A stretch of DNA of 64,000 nt from Candidatus Binatia bacterium. Its GTDB lineage: Bacteria > Desulfobacterota > Binatia > Bin18. Made by a program: the position numbers and the translations under genes. Location of the stretch: assembly GCA_963664395.2 (NCBI GenBank), contig OY761159.2, positions 3,072,001-3,136,000 on the forward strand, in the 5' to 3' direction. The notes below the pieces were generated by a model. That model was not told the origin of the DNA, did no database searches, and worked only from the letters and a program-made list of their open reading frames with translations. Below are positions 50,509 to 59,959 of this stretch, one piece after another; the stretch's first letter is position 1; every line of letters starts with the position of its first letter.

Positions 50509-51177
50509 CTACTCCCGAGAAAACGGTGTTCCCCAGGTATCCGCAAACGCCAACTCTTCTACCGACCGGCGCGAGATCGGCCCATGCCCGCGCAGGATGG
50601 GATAGCCAATCGGCACGACCGCCGCCGTTCCCCACGGGTCGGGAATCCCCAAGAGGGTGCGCACCTCCGGTTCTTCCATACACAGCAGCGTCGTAATCAC
50701 ACATCCCAGACCCTCGGCTCGGCAGGCCAGCAGGAGGTTTTCTACCGCTGGATAGATCGACCCGCCGCCAACAACGGACAGTCGGTCAAGCTTCGCGTCG
50801 GTGACGGCCAGCCCTTCCGGGTTAAAACACACGACCAGCAGCACCGGGGACTCTCCAAAATGTTCCGCCAGGTAGTCGCTGGCGCGAATCGTCCGCTCGG
50901 CTTTTCGCCGTTCCTCCTCGGGGGCACCGGCCAGCCGCTCCATATACGATTTGGTATAGGGAAGCGTGACCTGCTTATACAATTCGCCCAGACGTTGTTT
51001 GCGTGCCGGGTCTTTGACCACGATGATGCGCCAGGCCTGGCGGTTGCCGCCGGACGGCGCCCAGGTGGCGGCCTCCAATACTCGGTACAGCACGTCTTCT
51101 GGAATCGGGTCCGGGCGCAGCCGCCGTACGGCGCGTAGGGTCCGCATCGCTTCGTAGAGATCAATCGCCGTCATCAT
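50509..51177 (-). CDS. Nitroreductase family protein
   Basis: LRAVRR, APSGGNRQAW, SIYPAVENLLLACRAEGLG and VPIGYP motifs. Confidence 0.92.
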   Translation of the reverse strand: MMTAIDLYEAMRTLRAVRRLRPDPIPEDVLYRVLEAATWAPSGGNRQAWRIIVVKDPARKQRLGELYKQVTLPYTKSYMERLAGAPEEERRKAERTIRASDYLAEHFGESPVLLVVCFNPEGLAVTDAKLDRLSVVGGGSIYPAVENLLLACRAEGLGCVITTLLCMEEPEVRTLLGIPDPWGTAAVVPIGYPILRGHGPISRRSVEELAFADTWGTPFSRE

Positions 51178-51313
51178 ATCCTCCGGGTTGCTGCCTGGAC
51201 CTTCCGTGTCCAGGCGGTCGGCTCAGGTTTAGTGCTTATCCGGCAATTGCAAGGCGTTAATCGGATCATCCAGCGCGTTGAGCGGCAGTTTAAAGCGATC
51301 CTGCATGTGCGCC

Positions 51314-52447
51314 TCAGCGTTGCAGCGAGGCATAGGTCGCCGCGATAATTCTGGCCGAGCGCTGATCGCCAAGCGTGCTTTCACCCATGCGGTTCATCAC
51401 ATAGGCGATCGAGGTGCGGGTATCGGGGTCGACCACGGCAATCGAGCCGCCCCAACCGCCCCAGTAGAAGGCGCCGGGGCTCGGTGTGAACGGAATCCGC
51501 GGGTTCATCAAGCCAAAGCCCAGTCCGAAAAGCATCCACACGCCAAGCACGAGATCCTTGCCGTTGGTCTGCTGTTGCTGGGCTATTGCCACCGTCTCGG
51601 GCGCCATCAGCCGGACGCCGTCAAGGGCGCCACCCGCAGCCAGCGCCCCATGCACGCGGGCAACGGCGCGCGCGTTGCCGATGCCGCCCGCGGCCGGAAT
51701 CTCCGCCGCGCGCCACGCCCGCGTCTGCGGCTCGCGGCCCGTCAAGGCGACAGACCGAAACGTCCGCGTGGCGACCGAATCCGGGTCGCCGGGAGTCTGG
51801 TCCAGCGTCGTCGCAGGCGGAACCATCTCGCCAACGCGATTATCGTATCGGGCATCCAGCCCGATGTGAAAATCGACGCCGAGCGGGGTCGCGACCTCCT
51901 CGCGGAAAAACGTCCCCAGGCTGCGACCGTCGACCCGACGCAGGATTTCTCCCTGCAGATAGCCCTGTGTAATGGCATGGTAGCCCGAGGCAGTCCTAGG
52001 CTCCCACCACGGTGCCTGGCGGGCCAGCCGGCCGCAGATGTCCTCCCAGTTGTAGAGTTGCTCGATCTCGACGCGTGAGTCGAAACCGGCCAAGCCGGCC
52101 GAGTGGCTCATCACATGGCGAACCAGCACGCCCTCCTTACCGTTTTGCGCGAACTCAGGCCAATAGCGGGCAACGGGAGCGTCGAACTCAATCAGCCCGC
52201 GGTCCGCGAGCATTAACATGCAGACGGCGGCCAGGGTTTTGGTGGTGGAGTACACGTTGACGATGGTGTCCTGCTGCCAGGGCTCGCCACTCGGTGCTGA
52301 AGCGCCACCCCACAGATCAACGACCACTGCTCCGTCGTGTACGACACAGGCGCTGGCGCCAAGCTCCTCGCCCGTCGCGAAGTTCGCCTGAAACGCCTCG
52401 TGCACGGCCGCGAATGCGTCCGCACAGTATCCCTGAGCTTCCATCAT
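51314..52447 (-). CDS. Serine hydrolase (beta-lactamase-like esterase)
   Basis: STTK, VMSHSAGL, GYHAITQG and WGGWGGS motifs. Confidence 0.93.
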   Translation of the reverse strand: MMEAQGYCADAFAAVHEAFQANFATGEELGASACVVHDGAVVVDLWGGASAPSGEPWQQDTIVNVYSTTKTLAAVCMLMLADRGLIEFDAPVARYWPEFAQNGKEGVLVRHVMSHSAGLAGFDSRVEIEQLYNWEDICGRLARQAPWWEPRTASGYHAITQGYLQGEILRRVDGRSLGTFFREEVATPLGVDFHIGLDARYDNRVGEMVPPATTLDQTPGDPDSVATRTFRSVALTGREPQTRAWRAAEIPAAGGIGNARAVARVHGALAAGGALDGVRLMAPETVAIAQQQQTNGKDLVLGVWMLFGLGFGLMNPRIPFTPSPGAFYWGGWGGSIAVVDPDTRTSIAYVMNRMGESTLGDQRSARIIAATYASLQR

Positions 52448-52456
52448 GGCTTTCCT

Positions 52457-53209
52457 TTACTGCGTCAATTCTCCCAGTTTTGCCTTCAAGGCCCGAAGCG
52501 CATTTTTGTTCGCGCTTCTGATCGCCTCCATCGTCGGCGGCTCGACACTGATGTCGCCGAGCTCGGCCAGAACGACGTGCACGTCGTCGTGGCCGTCAAC
52601 GCGTTTCATCTCGCCTAACCAACGCTGCACGTTGGGGAAGGGCGCGAAATCGAAGACGTTGGTAAAACCCGGTTGCAGTTGTCCGATCTCCACATACGCG
52701 GCAAAGTCGGCCAGGGTGAGTTGTTCGCCCGTCACATAGCGGGATTCCGCCAGCCAACCCGACTCCAATGTGTGGAGTGCATTCGTCAGGGTCGTGCGGG
52801 CGGCCTGTTGAATGGTGTCCGGAATATTCAGATCCTTGCGGATCTTCGGGGCGACCAAGCCGACGGAGGCGTCGCGCACATTGCGATGGTGGTAGTGCAA
52901 ATACCAGTCCACTTTGGCGCGCAGCCGATGATCCGTCGGGTACACGTCTTCCCAGCCATGCGTATTGCTCAAATAACACATGATGGCGTGCGCTTCGCTG
53001 AGCACAAAGCCGCTGTCCGGCTCTTCGATCGTCGGAATCGTCCCGCCGGGGTTTTTGGCCAGATAGGCCGGATTGCGGCTGCCGGTTTCCCCTTTTGAGC
53101 CCGGGTTAATCAGGACCATTTCAAACGGCGTCCGCTTATACAGCATCAGCCACATGACCGCGCGTACCGGTTGTGAAAACGGCACGCCATACAAGAGGAT
53201 AGGTTGCAT
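52457..53209 (-). CDS. Glutathione S-transferase (theta-like)
   Basis: SQPVRAV, NPGGTIP, LSEAHAI and TLADF motifs. Confidence 0.9.
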   Translation of the reverse strand: MQPILLYGVPFSQPVRAVMWLMLYKRTPFEMVLINPGSKGETGSRNPAYLAKNPGGTIPTIEEPDSGFVLSEAHAIMCYLSNTHGWEDVYPTDHRLRAKVDWYLHYHHRNVRDASVGLVAPKIRKDLNIPDTIQQAARTTLTNALHTLESGWLAESRYVTGEQLTLADFAAYVEIGQLQPGFTNVFDFAPFPNVQRWLGEMKRVDGHDDVHVVLAELGDISVEPPTMEAIRSANKNALRALKAKLGELTQ

Positions 53210-53221
53210 CGTATTCCTCGT

Positions 53222-55047
53222 CTATTTCACAATCAGACCGTCGAAATCGCCCTGTTCACGCCAATGGGCGAGCATGTCATAAAAGGCCAGCGCGCCCTTG
53301 GGGTAGATGGCCTGGAGGAAGCCCTGCCCCTCGTTTGTGCCCTCACCGTTATAGTAGCCCGGCGTGCAGACGTCCTGGTAGTTGGTCATCATGTTCGGTC
53401 CGTTCACGAGCTGCACCCACTCCGCCTCAGCCTCGGGGGTCGGCTCGATGGATTGCGCGTTGCGGCGATCAACCAGCGTGATGAGCTGGGCAACATGCTG
53501 GGCCTGATTATCGAGCATATAGGTGAAGTTCGCGGTGAGGCCGGTCTGCGTCAGCCCCATGTGGAAACAGTTCGGAAATCCACAGCTCAGGAAACCGTGG
53601 AAGGTGCGCATCCCGTCTGCCCAGGCGTCGGCGAGCGACAGCCCGTCACGACCGTATATGCCAAACTCGGCCCGCCGGGTGTAGGCGGTCCCCACCTCGA
53701 AGCCCGTGGCTAAGACCAGACAGTCCACCTCGTACTCAACCCCCTCAACCACGACGCCGTGCTCGGTCACGCGCTCGACTCCTTGGCCGTTGGTGTCTAC
53801 GAGCATGACGTTGGGCCGGTTAAAGGTCGGCAGATACTCATCGTTGAAGGTCGGGCGCTTGCACCACTGGCCGAACCAGGGCTTGAGCGCTTCCGCGGTT
53901 TGCGGGTCGCTCACGGTCGAGGCTACGCGCTCGCGAATCTCATTCATCTTCTGGAAGTCGGCAATCTCGGCCAGGATCGCCTTTTCTTTGCCGGAGAGAT
54001 CCGAGCTGGTGCTGCTGAGCAGGTCGCTGAGCTTCTTGAGCGGGCTGGTCCATTTGTCACGGACCTCATCGCCCTCCAACTGCACCCCGTCCAAGAGGGC
54101 GGTGAAATTGCGGTTCCGATAGGCCTGCCAGCCGGGCTTGAGCGTCTGCGCCCATTCCGGGTTGGTGGGTGTGTTGTTGCGCTCGTCCACCGAGGACGGC
54201 GTGCGCTGGAACACATACAACTGCTGCGCATGCTCGCCCAGATGCGGGATGCACTGAATGGCCGTGGCGCCTGTGCCAATGATGCCGACACGTTTGTCGT
54301 GGAGTTTGTGTAAACCGCCGGTGGTATCACCACCAGTGTAGTTATAATCCCAGCGACTGGTATGGAAGGTATGCCCTTTGAAATTTTCGACCCCCGGAAT
54401 CCCGGGCAACTTGGGCTTGTTCAGCGGTCCACTCGACATGAGCACAAAGCGCGTCTTGAACGTATCGCCCCGATCGGTGGTGACGGTCCAGCGTCCGGCG
54501 ACCTCATCCCAGCGGGCCTCTTTGACCTTCGTCTGGAAGCAGGCTTTGTCGTACAGATTGAAGTGCTTGCCGATCCGTTGGGCGTGGGCAAAGATTTCCG
54601 GGGCGAAGGAGTAGCGTTCCTTCGGGATGTAGCCGGTCTCCTCCAGCAGGGGCAGATAGAGATAGCCTTCGATGTCACACTGAGCGCCGGGATAGCGGTT
54701 CCAGTACCAGGTCCCGCCAAAATCACCGGCTTCTCGATGATACGAAAGTTGGTGATGCCGGCCTCTTGCAGCCGCACTGCCGCCAACTGACCGCCAAAAC
54801 CGCCGCCAACAATCACCGCATCGAGTTCTTCGTGCAGCGCCGGGCGAGTATAGCCCGGCTCGACATAATGGTCTTCGTTATAATGCGCGAACTGTCCGCT
54901 GATTTCTCGGTATTGATTGTTCGCGTCGGCACGCAGACGTTTTGTACGCTCGGCAGCATATTTCTCGCGCAGGGCGCCGGGATCGAAGCCCAACTCGTCG
55001 GCAGTCGGTATTCCGCTCGATTCCGTTTGGGTTACGGTTAGACTCAT
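53222..55047 (-). pseudogene. Frameshifted Baeyer-Villiger monooxygenase
   Basis: Close paralog of 31814-33643; one G missing in GAGAAG(G)CCGG at ~54730 splits it into two frames. Confidence 0.9.
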
Positions 55048-55241
55048 TCTGTTCGTCCTCCTTCTTGACTCTCGCTTGACTCTCGGCTCTTCGCTCAAAC
55101 ATTAAGCGGGCAGTATAGCCTTTAGAGACAATATTGCTCAATTCATCCCGACGGATTCCTTCAGCAAACTTTGCTCAGAAAAATGAAGGGCAAGCGCCCT
55201 GAAATCTACTCGGTCGCTTGCACCTGAGATTGTCAGCGTGG

Positions 55242-55667
55242 TCATGGGCTCGGGGTGAGGTAGAGCGTCAGATGTCGCTCGCGGAAGCCTATTTGTACGC
55301 AGTTAAAGAAATCACGACCTAAAAGATTCCGGCTTATTGAGCGTTCCGCAAAACCAACTTCCAGATCGAATTCCCCGACGAGATCGTGCGCTATGCTGAT
55401 GCGGTGGAGTTTCCCTTCGAGCGCCAGGCCCCGTACCGACGATCCCCATTGCCGGGCTGGTGCGCTGGTGAGATCGAGACCTAGTATGACCGCGTACTGT
55501 GGATCAAAGAGAGAAATCTCGGCCCCGGAGTCTAAAAAAACATCAGTATCGATGGCCCGACTCGGCTCCGCCAGGTTTGTAAGACGGACGAGCAGTCTTG
55601 GGAATGAACGGTTATTGCGAGGATCGACCGTATAGGGAATTTCATAGGCGTAGTCGATGGTCGGCAT
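55242..55667 (-). CDS. Retropepsin-like aspartyl protease
   Basis: FLDSGAEISL catalytic motif and NLLGRDFF motif; 141 aa, single lobe. Confidence 0.85.
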   Translation of the reverse strand: MPTIDYAYEIPYTVDPRNNRSFPRLLVRLTNLAEPSRAIDTDVFLDSGAEISLFDPQYAVILGLDLTSAPARQWGSSVRGLALEGKLHRISIAHDLVGEFDLEVGFAERSISRNLLGRDFFNCVQIGFRERHLTLYLTPSP

Positions 55668-55670
55668 GGA

Positions 55671-56132
55671 CTACAAACCCATATGGATACTGTCGTTGGG
55701 GGTGTCGTCAACAAAGAAGATATACGGAACGGTGATTCCCTGGGTCCGGGCCTCTTCGACGACTTGAACGGCATCAGGTCCGTAGCTCACAATGGTTTCT
55801 CCGTCGAGAACAACCCATTGCCCCGCCAATTGGCGAAGTTCCTCGCCATGAGTCTGTCGCCAGGCGAGTTCACGGCTTCGGGCTGTCGAGGTCGATAGGG
55901 ATTGAGGCGCACGTCCCGAGGCCCGTTTCGTCCGATAGTTTTTACGGCGACTCGCTCGGTAGGCTTCCGGGTTACGCCAGTACGCTGCCTTTTTCGCGCA
56001 GGTTGAGGTGCAGTATTTTTTGACTGCTGTGCCCATAAACGATTTTCCACACTGGGGACAACTCTTGGGCTCAAGCGAAATCCGGCGTGTTGCCGAGACA
56101 GTCAAGGCTCTTTTTGAGGATTTTTGATCCAT
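55671..56132 (-). CDS. Zn-finger plus DUF5678-like protein
   Basis: CPQC...YCTSTC and a basic helix; C-terminal ELAW...AGQWVVLDGETIVSYG...PYIFFV. Confidence 0.72.
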   Translation of the reverse strand: MDQKSSKRALTVSATRRISLEPKSCPQCGKSFMGTAVKKYCTSTCAKKAAYWRNPEAYRASRRKNYRTKRASGRAPQSLSTSTARSRELAWRQTHGEELRQLAGQWVVLDGETIVSYGPDAVQVVEEARTQGITVPYIFFVDDTPNDSIHMGL

Positions 56133-56144
56133 AGAGATAACCTA

Positions 56145-56167
56145 TTGACGTGAGGTTGCGACGTCAA
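56145..56167. promoter_or_regulatory. Palindromic operator candidate
   Basis: TTGACGT-N9-ACGTCAA, 12 nt upstream of the 56132 start. Confidence 0.5.
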
Positions 56168-56377
56168 GAGAATTACTTCCTCCCTTGACATATTCGCGAC
56201 AGTTCAAGTGAGCAGGTAAATGCTATCGACCATGCGTTCCATTCGCTGCCCATTTTGTCTTTTCTCGGAAGACGGACATTTCACGCACAGGGCCGGAAAA
56301 GCATTGGTGTCACGAGCGGTTGAGCTGGTCTGTTTGACTGAGGTAATGTGGCTGCCGTAACACGAAGGAGGAATATC

Positions 56378-57268
56378 ATGCCAACCGACGTTCGCGGTCT
56401 TGATATCACGGTGACGAATGCTGAGGCTCTTGCCGAGTATGACAAGGTGCTAACGGACCTCTGGAATTATCGTCTCGCCGCGCCAAAAAATCTGAAGCGT
56501 GTCCTCGAACTCGACCCGGATTTTCCAATGGCACAGGTTGTCTGAGGTTACATTATGTCCATGCTCGAGCCGGTCGCGGTCCGCCCGAAAATGCTGGCCA
56601 ATGCGTCACTCGCCCGCGAACATCTTGCGGCTGACGCCCACCGCGAACGTCTGCATTGTGACGCATTGGAAGGGTTAGCAAGCGGCGATTATGCGCAAGC
56701 AGAAGCCTTTGGTCGCCAATCAATTGACCTGAATCCGGATGACCTGTGGGCGATCCACTCAGTCGCGCACGTGATGGAGATGCAGGGACGCCTGGACGAA
56801 GGGATTGCATTCATCGATCGGCCGGTCGATCAGTGGGCTGATCGAAACCCGTTTCAAGGCCATAATTGGTGGCACTTGGCCTTATTCGCGCTTGAGAGGG
56901 GTGACTATGATTTTACGTTGGACATCTATGACAATAGGATACTGACCTCTAACACGGAATTCTTCCTGGATGTTCAAAACGGTGCTTCGATGCTCAAGCG
57001 CCTGGAATTGCTGGGGGTTGATGTTGGTGATCGCTGGTTTGGGATCGGAGGATCTCATGCGCAGCGAGATATCTTTACGCAGATTCTCATCGAGGCGGCC
57101 ATTCGCGCCGAACGCTATGAGCAGGCACGGGCGCTTCTGGCGCAGCGGGCGTTGTTGAGACCGAACAGTCTTGGGAGCTGGCAAAAATACGCAACAGTGT
57201 TACAGGCGTGCGGCGACGACTCGCGTGCGGAACACGCGCGGCAAAGAGCTGCGCGCTTGCACTCTTAG
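56378..57268 (+). pseudogene. TTC38-like TPR protein pseudogene
   Basis: DPDFPMA, WAIHSVAHVMEM, HNWWHLAL and GGSHAQRD motifs; in-frame TGA at 56543 and apparent internal deletions. Confidence 0.85.
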
Positions 57269-57282
57269 GGAGGGTTTCGGCC

Positions 57283-58503
57283 ATGCATTACATGCTGACT
57301 GAGTCGCAGATTGCGTTACGGGCGCGGGCACACGAATTGGCACGGGACGTGATCGCACCGCGCGCCGCAGAGGTTGACCAAAGCGAACAATACCCCTGGG
57401 ATAATGTCCGGGCGTTAAATGAGGCTGGATTCTTTGGCATGACCATCCCGCCGGAGTTTGGTGGGGCTGGACTGAGCTATCTCGACGTGGTGCTCGTCAT
57501 CGAAGAGATGGCAAAAGTTTGCGGGGTGACCGGACGTATTGTGGTCGAAGCGAATATGGGGGCTCTTTCAGCCATCATGCACTACGGCACGCCGGCGCAA
57601 AAAGAGCGGGCGGCTGCTCTTGTCTTGGCTGGGGATAAGCCCGCCATCTGTATTACCGAGCCTCACGCCGGCAGTGCGGCATCGGAGATGACCACGCGGG
57701 CTGATAAACGCGGCGATACGTATGTGCTGAACGGCATGAAGCATTGGATTACCGGGGGCGGTGTTTCGAAACTCCATCTGATCTTCGCCCGCGTGTTTGA
57801 CGGACAAGGGACAGAGCAAGGCATCGGTGGATTTATTGCCGTTCGCGACCAAGAGCGTGGGTTGCGCATCGGTCAACGTGAACCCACGATGGGCTTACGA
57901 GGTATTCCTGAAGCCGAAGTGTATTTCGAAGATCTCGAACTGCCTGCCGACCAAGTATTAACACCGCCCGGCGGCTTCAAGCGTGGCTTTGCTGAATTAA
58001 TGAACGCCTACAACACCCAACGGGTTGGCGCGGGCACGGTTGCTTTAGGGCTTGCAACCGGAGCCTATGAAGGGGCAAAACAATACGCTTTAGACCGAGA
58101 ACAGTTTGGTCGGCCGATTGCCGAGTTTCAGGGCCTGCAGTGGATGCTGGCCGATATGTCGACGCAGACCGAAGCGGCGCGGCTCATGATCCACAGCGCG
58201 GCCCGTTCGCGCGGCCCCCACAAGAGCCCGTTCCCGGACCCGAATGCGGCTGCGCAAGCAAAGCTGTTCGCATCGGAAATGGCAATTAAGGTCACAAATG
58301 ACGCCTTACAGGTGTTTGGCGCCAAAGGCTATTCGCGCAACACGCCGGTTGAACGCATGGTGCGCGACGCTCGAATGTTCACTATTGGGGGCGGTACTGC
58401 CCAGATCCTGCGCACAGTCATCGCTTCGCGGATTTTAGACCGCCGCCTGCCGCAGACCCGTGATGGGTACGCGCGCCTGGCTCGTAAAGCCCAAGAACGG
58501 TAG
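57283..58503 (+). CDS. acdA: 3-sulfinopropanoyl-CoA desulfinase (acyl-CoA dehydrogenase fold)
   Basis: QYPWDNV, GDKPAICITEPHAGSAASEMTTRA, WITGGGVSKLHLIFARVFD, YNTQRVGAG, MFTIGGGTAQILRT and LPQTRDGY match the Advenella Acd family as recalled; no catalytic Glu at the GGGT site. Confidence 0.85.
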   Translation: MHYMLTESQIALRARAHELARDVIAPRAAEVDQSEQYPWDNVRALNEAGFFGMTIPPEFGGAGLSYLDVVLVIEEMAKVCGVTGRIVVEANMGALSAIMHYGTPAQKERAAALVLAGDKPAICITEPHAGSAASEMTTRADKRGDTYVLNGMKHWITGGGVSKLHLIFARVFDGQGTEQGIGGFIAVRDQERGLRIGQREPTMGLRGIPEAEVYFEDLELPADQVLTPPGGFKRGFAELMNAYNTQRVGAGTVALGLATGAYEGAKQYALDREQFGRPIAEFQGLQWMLADMSTQTEAARLMIHSAARSRGPHKSPFPDPNAAAQAKLFASEMAIKVTNDALQVFGAKGYSRNTPVERMVRDARMFTIGGGTAQILRTVIASRILDRRLPQTRDGYARLARKAQER

Positions 58504-58562
58504 TGCTCTTCGCAATTTGGCTGACGACTGCGCCAGTGTTGGGGTGAAACTGCGCCACTGCG

Positions 58563-58736
58563 CTAAGGGCCATAATAGACAGGATAGACAGGAGGATACG
58601 AGGAGACCGGTGCCAGCCTGACCGGCACAGGATAATAGATCGGCCGGGACGTAAATCCTTTTGTAAATCCCTGCAACACAGTGGTGCAGCCGCTCAGGGC
58701 AAAGCAGAGCAGGCTGAGGAGCCAGAGCGTCTTCAC
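58563..58736 (-). CDS. Small Pro/Tyr-rich lipoprotein
   Basis: GTG start after AAGGA; KTLWLLSLLCFALSGC lipobox; Pro/Tyr-rich tail. Confidence 0.5.
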   Translation of the reverse strand: MKTLWLLSLLCFALSGCTTVLQGFTKGFTSRPIYYPVPVRLAPVSSYPPVYPVYYGP

Positions 58737-58853
58737 GGGGTCTGTCCTTGCGACATTGGCTAAGGTGGCCAAGGCGCCCCGTCGGTTCAGTTCCGCCGCC
58801 ACGAACAATTCTCCGGCTCGCCCAATCTGCTGTCTTGAGCGCTTCTGTGCCAT
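58737..58853 (-). pseudogene. N-terminal fragment of a PD-(D/E)XK-type nuclease-like protein
   Basis: QQIGRAGELFVAAELNRRG after a GAGGAGG RBS; no catalytic core follows. Confidence 0.55.
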
Positions 58854-58999
58854 CGCGTCCTCCTCGCATTGACATCTTATTCGTTTTGAATAGATTGTCC
58901 TACTCATAACTGAGAGCTGTGGAAGAGAGGAGTAAGGATGATCCTCGTTTTTGTAGGAGCTGAGGGCGGGACTTTTTTCACTACTACTAGGAGGGATTC

Positions 59000-59701
59000 G
59001 TGGAAAAAATTCAAGGCAAGATATTTCCAGCAGACTGCCCCCATTGTGGCACCAAGAAAGTCGCGTTCACGGTCAGGGATGGAATCCACTTAGGGGAAAT
59101 ATTCTATAACGGGTTCATTAGACTGAATTCCGACCTATTTGCGCAATGCGCCTACTGCAATCGAGGCATTATTGCAGGATTTAGTACACTGAAAGAAGAC
59201 TCCGATTTAGGCCGACATATAAGGCAAGGCGGCTTACCTGATAGCATCGTTCCCGCTCCGCCTTCTCTCGATGCACCGCCACACACCCCTGACAGTGCGG
59301 CACGGTTTTTCAAACAGGGCCGTGACAATATGTCAGGAAATTGGGACGCTGCTGGAACCATGTTTCGTAGTGCGCTGGAAGCAGCCTTGAAAGACAAGTT
59401 CCCCGATCTTTCCGGCACACTGTTCGAGCGCATTCAAAAGGCAGCAGAACATAATGCTCTGACCCCTGACTTAGCAGAGTGGGCACACGAGATACGGATT
59501 GAGGGCAATCAAGCGGCACATGAAGATCAGCCATACCAGAGAGAAGATGCGGAGCGGTTAGAAGCGTTTACGGACATGGTGTTTCGGTATCTTTTTACCT
59601 TGCCTGGAATGCTGCAAGAGAGAAAACAGCAACTATCGCCCCAGCAAGACGATCAGAAAAAAACAGGAAAGGATTTAACGGAAAGATATCGCAAATCCTA
59701 A
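59000..59701 (+). CDS. DUF4145 (HEPN-like) domain protein with an N-terminal Zn ribbon
   Basis: CPHC...CAYC; AAGTMFRSALE, LFERI and HEIRIEGNQAAH motifs. Confidence 0.88.
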   Translation: MEKIQGKIFPADCPHCGTKKVAFTVRDGIHLGEIFYNGFIRLNSDLFAQCAYCNRGIIAGFSTLKEDSDLGRHIRQGGLPDSIVPAPPSLDAPPHTPDSAARFFKQGRDNMSGNWDAAGTMFRSALEAALKDKFPDLSGTLFERIQKAAEHNALTPDLAEWAHEIRIEGNQAAHEDQPYQREDAERLEAFTDMVFRYLFTLPGMLQERKQQLSPQQDDQKKTGKDLTERYRKS

Positions 59702-59714
59702 CTGCCCACCCAGG

Positions 59715-59822
59715 TAGTACACCTCTCCCGACTGGTACACTTTCCCTGTGCCTTTGGTATATTTTGCCCCCCGATTGGTACAAGTAGAAAAAATACGCCG
59801 AATAGTGATGTATCTGTACCAG
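59715..59822. repeat. Periodic TGGTACA-core repeats (transposon-end-like)
   Basis: TAGTACAC at 59715, TGGTACAC at 59733, TGGTATAT at 59755, TGGTACAA at 59776, inverted TGTACCA at 59815. Confidence 0.55.
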
Positions 59823-59959
59823 CACCAGGAGAGCGATACCTTGACAATACGATGACGACTCAGCCGGTTGTTTCTCTCGTCATTTTTTGGAACCATGCTC
59901 ACCGGAGCAAGTAAATCCGCTCGCTCCGCGACTCTGGATCAATCTTGAGGACCAGACCT

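Noticed and set aside
56543-56545. TGA as selenocysteine or programmed read-through
   Set aside because: The position fits a CGA-to-TGA change (VxRGY context), no convincing SECIS hairpin follows, and the gene has other lesions.
58956-58974. tRNA-3'-end-like sequence (rc AAGTCCCGCCCTCAGCTCC) as an att site
   Set aside because: It lacks the GTTC T-loop start and CCA and does not match the tRNA-Ala in this window; needs comparison with the genome's tRNA set.
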